NCBI GenBank assembly: GCA_963765765.1
Contig: CAVXYC010000030.1
Span: forward strand, 128,001-192,000
From: an uncultured Chloroflexia bacterium
Lineage (GTDB): Bacteria; Chloroflexota; UBA6077; JACCZL01
Direction: 5' to 3'
Length of the DNA stretch: 64,000 bases
Shown one piece after another: positions 10,651 to 20,907 of the stretch; position 1 is the first letter of the stretch; the number at the start of each line of letters is the position of its first letter. The notes below the pieces were generated by a model. That model saw only the letters and a list, made by a program, of their open reading frames with translations. It was not told where the DNA came from and searched no databases. The translations under genes and the position numbers were made by a program.

Positions 10651-11410
10651 GTGGAGATAACACTCGATGAGCTGCTCCAGGCACTAGTCAACCCCGGCGC
10701 GCCACTCCCGGCTGCATGGCCGCAGGGTGCCCTGGGCGCATTCCTTCTGTTCATGTTCCCGATCGGTGGCGGAATTCCCTTCGGCGTCATCATGGCGCGC
10801 GATGCCGGAGTTTCACCCCTCGTGACGTTTGCGCTCTATGCCGTCTCGGACGTGCTCGGCGCCATTATGACCGAGCCGTACGTGATGTTCTTCCGTTGGC
10901 TCGGCCGCAAGGTGAGCTGGATAGGACGCATCGGCGAGCGCATTACGCGAGCAACTGGCGCCGCGGGATTCTCCGAGCCGGGTAAGCGTGGACCGTTGGG
11001 CATCGCATTGGTGAGCTTCACCGTTTCAATGACGACCGGTCGGGCGGCCGCTGTCGCGGCCGGACACGGACCAGTCACGGGCTGGGCGCTCGCGATTCTG
11101 GGTGATCTGGGCTACTTCCTCGTGCTCATGGCCTCAACGCTCTGGCTCAGCTCCGTGCTGGGTGACGAGCGGATCACCGTCGGTGTCGTGCTCGTTGGCA
11201 TGTGGGTGGTTCCCATGCTCATTCGGAAATGGCGTGAGCGGAATGCTGCCGAAGCCGCGCCGCGTGCGGACGCCTGTGACCACGACGGTAAGCGCGGTCG
11301 AAGTGACTGAGGAAGATGGGCCTGTCGCCGTGAGGGTGGCCCCACCAAAGCGTCGCGGTTCACGCGCTGCCCGAAAGCGAGCCAAGCTTGCCGAGGGAAC
11401 GGCTCGGTAG
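10651..11410 (+). CDS. Uncharacterised multi-pass membrane protein (C-terminal frameshift near 11260-11280)
   Basis: Gly-rich hydrophobic helices (PIGGGIPFGV); basic tail in the second frame. Confidence 0.65.
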
Positions 11411-13015
11411 TAATCGGCGGCGGGTCAGCTCGGGCGGCGCCTCAAGGCACTCACCGGGCACTTCGTTCAGTACCCTCGGAATTTGCGGCAGAAGATCTGA
11501 TGCCAGCAGTGTCCGCCAGCGGTTCCGTCTGACTACTCGCTCCGCGGCCCGTGCATGCGCCCATACGGCCAGTTTGGCCGCCTCAGCGGGTGCCATGCCT
11601 TGAGCCAGCAACCCTCCCGTCAGACCGGCCAGCACGTCGCCTGTGCCTGCCGTAGCCAGCGCGGGATTCGCCCAGGGGTAAACCCAGGTATCGCCTTCAG
11701 GACCGGCAATGGCGCTGAACGGGCCCTTCAGTATGAGGACCTGCTTCCAATCGGCCGCCTGTTCTCGAGCGATCTCCCAGGGCAAGGTCCCAACGGTGCG
11801 GGACCGCACGCCCATAAGTCGGCCCATCTCACCATGGTGCGGCGTGAGCACGAGACCCGAGCCGACCTGTGATTGCCAGCCGTCCCAGTCGCCGAGCATG
11901 GTGAGCGCGTCCCCATCCACGACCGTTGGCGGCGGATTGGGCATCTGTGAACGGTACTCAAAAAACAAATGAAGGAATCGCGCAGCCCCTTCAGAGCGCC
12001 CGAGGCCCGGACCGATAACCACTGCGTTCACGTCATTCAGAGCGGAACGAACCGCCCTGAGAGCTTCATCGGCATCCCGCTCGGGCTCCACCGGTTGTTC
12101 AGTGTACGTGGCCTCTGGAAGCTGGATGGAGGCGACGCGCTGCACGGAATCGGGTGTGCCGAGAATCACCAACCCAGCACCCGAGCGGGCGGCCGCTGCC
12201 GCTGCCAGGAAGGGGGCACCGATGTAGCGCGCCGAGCCGCCGATAATCATTACACGGCCATGGTCGTACTTGTGCGAGCCAGCGCTTCGACGCGGCGGAC
12301 GAGGCCGCTCACTATTGGAAAGGATTCGGTAGGGGATGCTTTCCCGCGTGGAAGTCTCTAAACCGATACTGCGAATGACGAGCCGTCCCACAAGGTCGGC
12401 GGCCGGGAAGCTCAAGAGGCCTGTCTTCACGGCTCCGAGAGTCACGGTTACTTCGGCGCGCACCGCCGCGCCGGCAACCTCGCCACTGTCAGCGTCAATA
12501 CCGCTCGGGACATCAACCGCGACGACGAGCGGATGAGTCGCTCGTGCGCTAATGGCGTTCAGCGCGTCCGCCACGCCGGAGAGTGGGGCTCGCATGGCTC
12601 CACGCGCACCCACACCGAGCAGTCCGTCCAGAACGACGTCCGCGGCTTCAAGGGCACTCGAGAACTCCGACGTTTCGCCCTCTGCCGCGATGAGTGTGTA
12701 GGCGATCTGACGTTCTACCAGCGTCTGAAGCTCGTTGTTTGTCACACTGTGGCCCGGAGTGAGCCAGAGGTGAGTGCGCCAGCCGCGCCGTGCCAAATCG
12801 CTGGCGGCGACCACCGCGTCGCGGCCGTTGTTGCCTTTGCCCACCAGGGCTTCCACAGTCCCCGGTCGTCGGCGCATGCTTGCAACGACCTCCGCGATCC
12901 CTAAGCCGGCGCGCTCCTGCAGCTCGTGCTCGCTGACTCCCGCGGCCATGGCGGCGGCCTCCAGCGCACGCATCTCGGCCACCGACACAAGGCGAAATGA
13001 CTCGGGCATGGTCAT
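11360..13015 (-). CDS. nnr: Bifunctional NAD(P)H-hydrate epimerase/dehydratase
   Basis: GKGNNGRD, DGLLGVG, AVDVPSG (YjeF_N); SHKYDHG, GPGLG, LTPHHGE, LATAGTGDVLAG (YjeF_C). 3' end uncertain. Confidence 0.95.
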   Translation of the reverse strand: MTMPESFRLVSVAEMRALEAAAMAAGVSEHELQERAGLGIAEVVASMRRRPGTVEALVGKGNNGRDAVVAASDLARRGWRTHLWLTPGHSVTNNELQTLVERQIAYTLIAAEGETSEFSSALEAADVVLDGLLGVGARGAMRAPLSGVADALNAISARATHPLVVAVDVPSGIDADSGEVAGAAVRAEVTVTLGAVKTGLLSFPAADLVGRLVIRSIGLETSTRESIPYRILSNSERPRPPRRSAGSHKYDHGRVMIIGGSARYIGAPFLAAAAAARSGAGLVILGTPDSVQRVASIQLPEATYTEQPVEPERDADEALRAVRSALNDVNAVVIGPGLGRSEGAARFLHLFFEYRSQMPNPPPTVVDGDALTMLGDWDGWQSQVGSGLVLTPHHGEMGRLMGVRSRTVGTLPWEIAREQAADWKQVLILKGPFSAIAGPEGDTWVYPWANPALATAGTGDVLAGLTGGLLAQGMAPAEAAKLAVWAHARAAERVVRRNRWRTLLASDLLPQIPRVLNEVPGECLEAPPELTRRRLLPSRSLGKLGSLSGSA

Positions 13016-13908
13016 AGAGTCTCGGGGTCGCGAATCGCGCCACGTAGCACCGTGACGCACTCGCCACCTACCCTGACGGCGGTCACGGTCTCGCCATCAC
13101 GATCGACCTCAACATGGACTTCGCCCGGGCGGCCGAGCACGTGCCCTTGTTCGATCATGAATTCCGTGCGCTCTATAAGACGATTGTGCATCAAGAACGC
13201 CGCCATGCCGCCGCTCGCGCTACCGGTCACCGGATCTTCATCAATGCCAATCGCCGGCGCAAAGTGACGGGCTTGCGCGTGTCCGCGCGCAGTCACACCT
13301 CCTAGTGTGAAGACGTGCAGTCCGGCGTATTGATCCTCACGGGCGAGGTCCGCGAGTCGCGACATGTCCGGGCGAAGCGCCTGGAGATCCGCCGGGGAGC
13401 GCAGGAGGAGCATGAGCTGGGGCGTGCCGGTGCTGACAACGGTGGGCCTAACGCGCGGATCGAACGCATTCTGGTGCAGGCGGAGAGCCTGGGCCAGAGG
13501 CCGCGGATCCACTCGGTGGAGAAACTCCGGTGGCTTCTGCGTCATGAAAATTTCTGGACCCGGCCGGATCTCGACGGGGAGCACGCCCACATTGAGCTCC
13601 TGGGAGACCATTGTCGATCCGGTGTCCAGATGCACGCGACCCAACTCCACTAGCGCGTGCCATGCGGCCAGGGTGGGATGGCCGGCCAGGGGCAACTCGG
13701 TACGTGGAGTGAAGAAACGCAAGCGCGCGGTGGCCCGTGTCGAGACTGTGATGAACACCGTCTCGGAAAGATTCATGTCGCGCGCGATGGTCTGCATTTG
13801 AGAGCCCGACAGGCCGGCCGCGTCGGGCACCACCGCGGCCGCGTTGCCCGCGTAGGGCCGGTTCGTGAACGCGTCAACGATCAGGATGTCGCGCCAGACT
13901 TCCGACAT
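13012..13908 (-). CDS. PhzF family isomerase
   Basis: VDAFT..YAGN.AAV, LSETVF, RFFTP..ELPLAGHPTLA, EDPVTGSA. Confidence 0.93.
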   Translation of the reverse strand: MSEVWRDILIVDAFTNRPYAGNAAAVVPDAAGLSGSQMQTIARDMNLSETVFITVSTRATARLRFFTPRTELPLAGHPTLAAWHALVELGRVHLDTGSTMVSQELNVGVLPVEIRPGPEIFMTQKPPEFLHRVDPRPLAQALRLHQNAFDPRVRPTVVSTGTPQLMLLLRSPADLQALRPDMSRLADLAREDQYAGLHVFTLGGVTARGHAQARHFAPAIGIDEDPVTGSASGGMAAFLMHNRLIERTEFMIEQGHVLGRPGEVHVEVDRDGETVTAVRVGGECVTVLRGAIRDPETL

Positions 13909-14026
13909 CGATTCGGCCTCCCGGGCCGAGTATAGCCGGCGCCGTCGGACGGTCGATAGGCTCGGGGCGGCGAGTTAAGCGGCGTGAACGCTCGCCGCTC
14001 ATCATCGTCTGCCGTACGATGGCCCC

Positions 14027-14224
14027 ATGGATGCTCGCTCATTCGTCGTCTTTACGTGGACGACAATCTCGCTCATCGCAGCCGTTGCCGTTCTGGTTGG
14101 CACTGAGAATTTGGTTTATGGCGCGCTCATCGCTCTTTTTGACGTTATTCTTGGATTTGTGCTGTTCTGGTTCGTCGGTCGGCTTGGTATCCGCCCGCAT
14201 GAGGAGACGGAAGACGATCTCTGA
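14027..14224 (+). CDS. Small two-TM hypothetical protein
   Basis: Two hydrophobic helices and an acidic tail (HEETEDDL); fills the gap between opposite-strand genes. Confidence 0.55.
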   Translation: MDARSFVVFTWTTISLIAAVAVLVGTENLVYGALIALFDVILGFVLFWFVGRLGIRPHEETEDDL

Positions 14225-14236
14225 CGCGGTCGATCG

Positions 14237-16513
14237 CTAGGGGATGTTCAAGGAATAGATCCAGAGAACCGGATTGCGGCCGTTTTCTCGTATCTCCTTG
14301 AGGTCGCCGCCGGGAAACCACTGGCGCGCAAGCTCTAGCTCGCGCATACGTTCAGGAAGGGCTGCGAAGACCGTTGGCCCGAGGACTGTCGGCCGCGGGG
14401 TCCTCTCGGTTAGCGGTTCGGCGACATCAACTCCGCGGGCGCCACGAGCAATGAAAGCCAGGCTCTGAAAGCCACCGTATGACATGCGGGGAAGACCCAG
14501 GAAGTACACGGTGGTTTCTCGTGGGAGGGGCCGCAGTGCATTGCCGAGCTCCGTAGCCACGAGCGAGTTGTTGTCCCCGTAGAGCCGCGTATCTCGAGGC
14601 CCGAAATAATGATAGAGATTCCAGCCCATAAGCCCTGCCACACACAGACCGACGCTCGAGAGCACGAACCGCGGCGATGCTTTGGCGAGGTTTTGAGCAA
14701 TCCGTCCTGTGGTGCTGATGGCAACGGCGCACATGATCGCCATCAATCCGCTCACCACCACGTATCGCTGTGTTTGTGTCGGGTCCTCGGTAAGCCCCAG
14801 GCCGAATGTGCCCGCCCAGTACGCGAGCGCCAGGCCCAGATAAGGCCCGCGCCAAAAACTGAGGGTCGTCAGCGTCAGTCCGAGCGCTAGAAACACCGCC
14901 ATCGGCACACCAACGAACGGTCGCTGATTGATGTACCAGCCACCAGGCTCCGTATAAAACGGCAGCAGAAATGCACGCCATATCTGGTTGAGCGTCAGAT
15001 CGATGGCACCGCGGCCCGTCATCTGCATCTCGCGCTCCAGCCAGCCGGAGCTAAACATCGAGACATCATCCGTTCGGAAGCTGAACTGATCTGGATTGTC
15101 TGCAAAATGCGCTGCCAGCGGGGCGTAGGTCAAGACCGCGCCCATGATGATCCACAACACTAGCGTGGCCGGGATGGCTCGCGGCCCAGCGCTCCGTGCA
15201 TCCCCCTGGGCCCATCGCGCGGTGGCGAAGGCCGCGGCAACGTACGCGACGGCGACGAACGGAATAAACCGTCCAGCAAAGGAAAAATACTGGCTGAGTC
15301 CTATTGCGATACCGGCGAGTAGCGCATCGAGCGGCCGACGTTTATCGATTGTTCGCTCCAGCGCGTAGAGGACCGCGACGATTGCGAGCGAATCTGCGAT
15401 CTGATTAGACGAGAGTCGGCTGAAGTGAACGTGAAAGTGGAAGGTGGCCAGCAGCAACGCGGCGATGACCGCGGTCACTGTCCCAAAGAGCCGGCGCGTC
15501 AACAGGAACGTCACCCAGACGGCCGCGACTCCCATGAGAACGGCGATCATGCGGGCCCCCGAGACCGAGTCCCCAACGATCCAGAGGGCTCCTGCCTGAA
15601 GGAAGAAGAATAGGTTTGGCACCGAGTACCAGCCGGTGCCAAACGGATTCTTTGTCAAGCCGTTCAGCACTGCCACAGCAGACATGGCTTGGGATCCTTC
15701 ATCTCCACCGAACACATACGGAATGTGGTCCAGATCGATGACACGCACAAGGAAGGCGAGCACGAGAATGACTCCCAGTATCACCGTGGGCCAGCTCACG
15801 CCGGTGGCCTTGACCGGCGCCTTGTCGCTCCCTCTCGATAGCGAGTGCACGACCATCGCGGCGGCGATCGCCGCCGCGATCGATACGAGCCAGGCCACCA
15901 CTGTGGGAAGGAAGCTCGCGTCCTGAGGATGTCCGCGCATGCTCGCCCATACCATCAAACCGAGCACCACGGCCGTGGCTACGAGCAACATCTGGACCTT
16001 TCGCCGACCTCGAAGCGCGCGCAAGTTCGGCGTTCCCATGCTCTCAGGCGAGACACGAGAAGCGACTTGAGGCTCAGTCTCGATCAAACGATTCTGGGCC
16101 TGGCGAGCCGCTTCATTTAGTGCTGCGAACAGCAACAGCCCCACGGCATACGCAGTGACGGCGAAAGGATTCAATGTAGGGCCAAGAATTCCGCGTTGGC
16201 CGAATAACACGAGGACGATAGCGAACACGAGCAAGACCGCGGCAGTCGCCGGAGAAAGACACGTTGTCGCCTCAAGCCGCCGATACCACCCATCTGAGAG
16301 TGGGGCAGTTACGGCAACATGGTCGCTCTGCGCAAAGGTCTGATTGGGGTTTTCTGTTGTTGGGCGCGCAGGCTTGGGCGCCGTGGGCAGACCGTTCCCT
16401 GATCGGCGTTGTGAATTCCTGTCGCCGCGCAGCGTGCGCCGCAAGAGGTTCTCGATTGGCCGACGAGCAAGTACTCCCAGGACTAATGCCACAATTGGTA
16501 ACAGCCGATTCAC
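14237..16513 (-). CDS. GT-C fold glycosyltransferase (family 39/ArnT/PMT_2-like)
   Basis: DE motif (GGDEGSQ) after an N-terminal TM, HVHFSR, many TM helices. Confidence 0.85.
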   Translation of the reverse strand: MNRLLPIVALVLGVLARRPIENLLRRTLRGDRNSQRRSGNGLPTAPKPARPTTENPNQTFAQSDHVAVTAPLSDGWYRRLEATTCLSPATAAVLLVFAIVLVLFGQRGILGPTLNPFAVTAYAVGLLLFAALNEAARQAQNRLIETEPQVASRVSPESMGTPNLRALRGRRKVQMLLVATAVVLGLMVWASMRGHPQDASFLPTVVAWLVSIAAAIAAAMVVHSLSRGSDKAPVKATGVSWPTVILGVILVLAFLVRVIDLDHIPYVFGGDEGSQAMSAVAVLNGLTKNPFGTGWYSVPNLFFFLQAGALWIVGDSVSGARMIAVLMGVAAVWVTFLLTRRLFGTVTAVIAALLLATFHFHVHFSRLSSNQIADSLAIVAVLYALERTIDKRRPLDALLAGIAIGLSQYFSFAGRFIPFVAVAYVAAAFATARWAQGDARSAGPRAIPATLVLWIIMGAVLTYAPLAAHFADNPDQFSFRTDDVSMFSSGWLEREMQMTGRGAIDLTLNQIWRAFLLPFYTEPGGWYINQRPFVGVPMAVFLALGLTLTTLSFWRGPYLGLALAYWAGTFGLGLTEDPTQTQRYVVVSGLMAIMCAVAISTTGRIAQNLAKASPRFVLSSVGLCVAGLMGWNLYHYFGPRDTRLYGDNNSLVATELGNALRPLPRETTVYFLGLPRMSYGGFQSLAFIARGARGVDVAEPLTERTPRPTVLGPTVFAALPERMRELELARQWFPGGDLKEIRENGRNPVLWIYSLNIP

Positions 16514-16740
16514 CAGAGCGCACCGCCAGGAAAGGAATTAGAAAGGATGAGAGTCACGGAATTGGCTTCGCCCGCTGTGTGGACTGAGCGAGTGTATCGG
16601 CGCGAAAGCGATGCGTTATGGCCAACACGACCTGGAATGCGCTGCACACCGGCGCTCCGCGCAAGGCTCGGTATGACCATCACTCGTTAGTACAATTACT
16701 TTGGACATACAGAAGGCCGAGAGACAACGTGGAGGCCCAC

Positions 16741-16851
16741 ATGCTGATGTTGAATGTGTACGAGATCGATACCGACGACGAGACGCCGGGACCAACGGGT
16801 CCGGACGTTGAGACTGATCCTGAGCCAATGCCGGAACCGCCCTTGGCCTAG
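16741..16851 (+). CDS. Putative 36-aa acidic, Pro-rich small protein
   Basis: GGAGG SD 5 nt upstream of ATG, TACAAT at 16691; MLMLNVYEIDTDDETPGPTGPDVETDPEPMPEPPLA. Confidence 0.5.
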   Translation: MLMLNVYEIDTDDETPGPTGPDVETDPEPMPEPPLA

Positions 16852-16866
16852 ATCGCACGACTCCTG

Positions 16867-17530
16867 ATGCATGCGGAAGGCGCGCATGATGTCGTGGAAC
16901 TGCCGTTCGCGAACCGAGCAGCGGCGGGTCAAGCGCTGGCGCAGGCTGTCCAGAGATCGACTGCCCGGCGTCGAGCTGATTCTCGGATTGCCTCGCGGCG
17001 GTGTCGCGGTTGGCGCTGAGATCGCCTCCGCTCTGCATGTGCCTCTTGATGTCTTCCTTGTCCGAAAAGTTGGCGCCCCCGATCAACCAGAGCTCGCAAT
17101 GGGAGCCCTGGCGGAGACTGGCCATATCGAGCTGAACCATTCAGTCCTGGATAGGTTGCAAGTCGCCGACGATGTCTTGAAAGCAACTATCGAGACCGAG
17201 CGCCGTGAGATCGACCGGCGACTCGCGCGTTACCGCCAGGGGCGCGCTGCGCCCAATGTGCAGGGACGCCGAGTGGTCGTCGTCGATGACGGCGTAGCCA
17301 CCGGTGCAACTACGCTTGTGGCGTTGAGGGCACTGCGAGCTCAGAGGCCGGCGCATCTTGCTCTGGCAGTGCCGGTCTGCCCGCGCTCTGCCCTTCACCG
17401 GTTGGAGAGCGAGTCCGACCAGGTGGTGGTCCTGGTCACGCCCCAGCCCTTCGGCGCGGTAGGCTCCTGGTATGGCGACTTTCACCAGATGACGGACGGC
17501 GAGGTCACCGTCCTACTCGGGCAGTGGTAA
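16867..17530 (+). CDS. Phosphoribosyltransferase family protein (frameshift near 16955)
   Basis: F.NR..AG..LA N-terminus, LGLPRGG, RKVGAP, VVVDDGVATG PRPP-binding loop. Confidence 0.9.
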
Positions 17531-17760
17531 GCCCTGGAATTAGGATATTCACATCGTCTAATCCGGCCCCTTGGACGGGCAATGGGAGATTCGTCTCCGT
17601 GATGCGCGTGCTTTGCCGAGAGCCTGAAACGGCCCGTATACTTTAGCGAGCCCCTCGCGGTTGGTAAAGCCACTTGCGCGAGCGCGAGGCTCGCGTATCG
17701 CCGAGCCGATTTGGCTTGGTGGCCTGGCAACGATGCTAGGCGTCCGGTGTTTCTTTCACA

Positions 17761-18114
17761 GTGACTGATTACTCGTCGCTCCTGGTTTACCTTGCACTGG
17801 TGGTCTTGTTGGCCGGCTTCATATTGCTGGTTATCGGCCGCCTATCTCCGTCGCGCCCATCGGAGGCTAAATCACGGCCGTACGAATGTGGTGTCTCAGA
17901 ACCTCAGCCTACGGCGGCCCGTTGGCCGATTCATTTTGCGCTCGTAGCCATGCTCTTCTTGATTTTTGATGTTGAAGCGTTGTTCTTCTATCCCTGGGCG
18001 GTCATCCTGCGGGAGCTCCGCTGGAATGGAATTCTGGCATTCTCGGGGTTCTTCGCCGTTCTCGGCGTGGGCTATATCTACGCTCGATCTCGGGGCGCGC
18101 TGAAATGGCGCTGA
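17761..18114 (+). CDS. nuoA: NADH-quinone oxidoreductase subunit A
   Basis: PYECG, FLIFDVE, GALKW. Confidence 0.95.
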   Translation: MTDYSSLLVYLALVVLLAGFILLVIGRLSPSRPSEAKSRPYECGVSEPQPTAARWPIHFALVAMLFLIFDVEALFFYPWAVILRELRWNGILAFSGFFAVLGVGYIYARSRGALKWR

Positions 18115-18599
18115 ATATGGCAGCGTCGGATGGGCCGGGCCATGAGAAAGACGGAGCGCATGGATTCCTGCTCTCAAAGCTCGAGAGCTGGAGCCGTGAG
18201 AAGTCGCTCTGGCCGGTCACATTTGGACTGGCGTGCTGCGCTATCGAGATGATCTCCACATCCGCGGCGCGCTTCGATATCGCTCGCTTTGGATCTGAGC
18301 TTTTTCGACCCAGCCCACGTCAGGCGGACCTCATGATTGTCTCAGGCCGTGTGTCCCAAAAGATGGCGCCTGTACTGCTCGAGATTTACAACCAGATGCC
18401 GGAACCAAAGTGGGTCATCGCCATGGGCGATTGCGCCGCTTGCGGAGGCATCTTTAACAACTACGCGATCATCCAGGGTGTGGATAAGATCGTTCCCGTA
18501 GATGTGTACATCCCAGGCTGCCCGCCGCGTCCGGAGGCCTTACTCGACGGCATCATCAAATTGCAGGAGCGCGTCCACGAAGGTGCGACGCGCGCATGA
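18105..18599 (+). CDS. nuoB: NADH-quinone oxidoreductase subunit B
   Basis: [23 protein letters not shown]. Confidence 0.97.
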   Translation: MALNMAASDGPGHEKDGAHGFLLSKLESWSREKSLWPVTFGLACCAIEMISTSAARFDIARFGSELFRPSPRQADLMIVSGRVSQKMAPVLLEIYNQMPEPKWVIAMGDCAACGGIFNNYAIIQGVDKIVPVDVYIPGCPPRPEALLDGIIKLQERVHEGATRA

Positions 18600-19060
18600 C
18601 CGAGAGGCTGGATCAGGCGCTCGACTCGCTGACGCTCACGGATCTCGAGCATGGCACGTCCGCGGATGGCATTGATTTTCTACGGGTTCCGGTGGATGCC
18701 ATACCGAGGCTGGTCGATGCAGTGATCGGCGCAGGATTTGGTCGATTCATTGATCTGACGGCTGTGGACGAGCCGCGTCGGGCCGATCGCTTTGAGCTCC
18801 AATACCTCCTTCACTCTATGCAGGATCAGCGTTGGCTGCGCCTAAAGGCGCGCACCGCCGAGCACGCGCCATCGATCGTAAGTCAATTTGAAGCGGCCAA
18901 CTGGTACGAGCGCGAAGTCTTCGATCTGTACGGAGTGTGCTTCGATGGACATCCGGGGCTTACTCGAATTCTGATGCCGGACGATTGGGACGGGCATCCG
19001 CTTCGCCGGGACGTGGATCTGGGCGGCGAGCCGGTTCAGTTCTCGGACAACATCTCGTGA
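18596..19060 (+). CDS. nuoC: NADH-quinone oxidoreductase subunit C
   Basis: [29 protein letters not shown]. Confidence 0.95.
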   Translation: MTERLDQALDSLTLTDLEHGTSADGIDFLRVPVDAIPRLVDAVIGAGFGRFIDLTAVDEPRRADRFELQYLLHSMQDQRWLRLKARTAEHAPSIVSQFEAANWYEREVFDLYGVCFDGHPGLTRILMPDDWDGHPLRRDVDLGGEPVQFSDNIS

Positions 19061-20331
19061 GTATTGAGACGCGCCCGGGTGCCGCTGAGATTGCCGAAGC
19101 GATGAGCTCAACGTTGACGCCAAGCCCGATGAACGGCAAGGGACCGGGCGTCGATTCGTCGACCGCACCTCATACCCTGCGGATCAACATGGGACCGCAG
19201 CACCCCTCGACCCATGGTGTGCTGCGTCTAGAGCTCGAGCTGGATGGCGAGATCGTAGTCTCCTGCAAGCCCATCATCGGGTACTTGCACACCGGCACCG
19301 AAAAGACCATGGAGAACCTGACGTATCTCCAGGCGCTGACTGTGACGGATCGCCTTGACTACCTGAACCCGATGGGCAACAACCTGGCGTATTCGCTCGC
19401 TGTCGAGGCTCTGTTCGACTGCGAGATTCCCGAGCGCGCCATTATTGGTCGGGTTCTGCTGGCCGAGCTGACGCGACTAAACTCGCATCTCGTCTGGCTG
19501 GGCACTACCGGGATCGATCTGGGCGCCAGCTCCGTGCTGCTCTATACGTTTCGCGAGCGTGAGGTCCTACTGGACTTCTTCGAGTCGCTTAGCGGCGCGC
19601 GCATGATGACCAGCTTTATTCGGCCCGGTGGTCTGGCCGATGATTTCACCGAGGATTGGTTCCAGGGCGTAGGAAAATTTCTTGATGACCTGCCGGCCCG
19701 AATCGACGAGTACGAGGCGTTGTTAACTCACAATCCCCTCTTCAGGGACCGCATGGTGGGCATTGGTGTCCTGGATGGACAGCGTGCGCTCAGCATGGGG
19801 GTTACGGGTCCGATCCTGCGAGCCAGCGGCATATCGCACGATATTCGGAAGGCGCGTCCGTATTCGGGTTACGATCAATTTGACTTCCATGTTCCCGTGG
19901 GCTCCCACGGTGATGCGTATGACCGATATCTGGTGCGGATCGAGGAGATGCGCGAAAGCGTGAAGCTCTGTAAGCAAGCGATAGCCAAATTGCCCGTCGG
20001 CCCGGTAAAGACCTCCAATCGGAAGGTGATGCCACCACCGCGAGAAGAGCTCGGACAGTCTATGGAAGCGGTGATTCACCATTTCAAGCTGTGGACCGCC
20101 GGTATGACGCCTCCGGCTGGTGAAGCGTACATCCCCGTTGAGTCCCCTCGTGGAGAGCTGGGTTTCTATGTCGTTAGCGACGGTTCAAACAAAGCCGTGC
20201 GGGTGCGCGAGCGAGCCCCATCCTTCGCCAACCTGCAGGCGCTGCCGATCATGGCGCAAGGCGGCCTGGTAGCCGACCTCATCGCAATCATCGCTAGCAT
20301 CGACCCGGTCCTGGGGGAGATCGACCGCTAG
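19057..20331 (+). CDS. nuoD: NADH-quinone oxidoreductase subunit D
   Basis: NMGPQHPSTHGVLRL, DRLDY, ESPRGE, GEIDR; GTGA overlap with nuoC. Confidence 0.97.
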   Translation: MSIETRPGAAEIAEAMSSTLTPSPMNGKGPGVDSSTAPHTLRINMGPQHPSTHGVLRLELELDGEIVVSCKPIIGYLHTGTEKTMENLTYLQALTVTDRLDYLNPMGNNLAYSLAVEALFDCEIPERAIIGRVLLAELTRLNSHLVWLGTTGIDLGASSVLLYTFREREVLLDFFESLSGARMMTSFIRPGGLADDFTEDWFQGVGKFLDDLPARIDEYEALLTHNPLFRDRMVGIGVLDGQRALSMGVTGPILRASGISHDIRKARPYSGYDQFDFHVPVGSHGDAYDRYLVRIEEMRESVKLCKQAIAKLPVGPVKTSNRKVMPPPREELGQSMEAVIHHFKLWTAGMTPPAGEAYIPVESPRGELGFYVVSDGSNKAVRVRERAPSFANLQALPIMAQGGLVADLIAIIASIDPVLGEIDR

Positions 20332-20334
20332 CCG

Positions 20335-20907
20335 ATGGCGATCCTATCTGAAACCACCGAGGCCAGAATCCGCACCGAGGTGGAACGCTATCACCCGCAT
20401 TATCGAACGGCACTCCTGCCGTCGTTGAAGCATGCCCAGGCGGAGATTGGCTGGCTGCCGGCCGAAGCCATAGCCAGGGTGGCGGATCTCGTCGGTGTTT
20501 CGCACGCCGCGGCGGCTGAGCTTGCGCAGTTCTACTCGATGCTCCACACCGAGAATCACGGCCGTGTGCACGTCGAGGTGTGCGTACAGGTGCCGTGCGC
20601 GGTGTCTGGAGCTGAGCGATTGCTGCGATGGCTCAGCGAAGAGCTGGACATTCCACCGGGCGAGACGACAGCCGAGGGTATTCGGCTGGAGCGCACGTCC
20701 GAGTGCTTCGGCTCCTGTCATCGAGCGCCGATGTGCAGGGTGAATGAGGACTATCACGAAAACCTGACTCGAGATTCGGCCCGCGAGCTCGCGAGCACGA
20801 TTCGGGCGCGGCTCCTGGCCGAGAATGCTGCCCTCCAGGGTGTTGGCGTCGGTCGCGCCACCTCGGGCTCCACACCGCAGGAAAATGACGGAGAGCTGAC
20901 GTGGTGA
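20335..20907 (+). CDS. nuoE: NADH-quinone oxidoreductase subunit E
   Basis: FYSM, CxxxxC and CFGSC 2Fe-2S ligands. Confidence 0.93.
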   Translation: MAILSETTEARIRTEVERYHPHYRTALLPSLKHAQAEIGWLPAEAIARVADLVGVSHAAAAELAQFYSMLHTENHGRVHVEVCVQVPCAVSGAERLLRWLSEELDIPPGETTAEGIRLERTSECFGSCHRAPMCRVNEDYHENLTRDSARELASTIRARLLAENAALQGVGVGRATSGSTPQENDGELTW

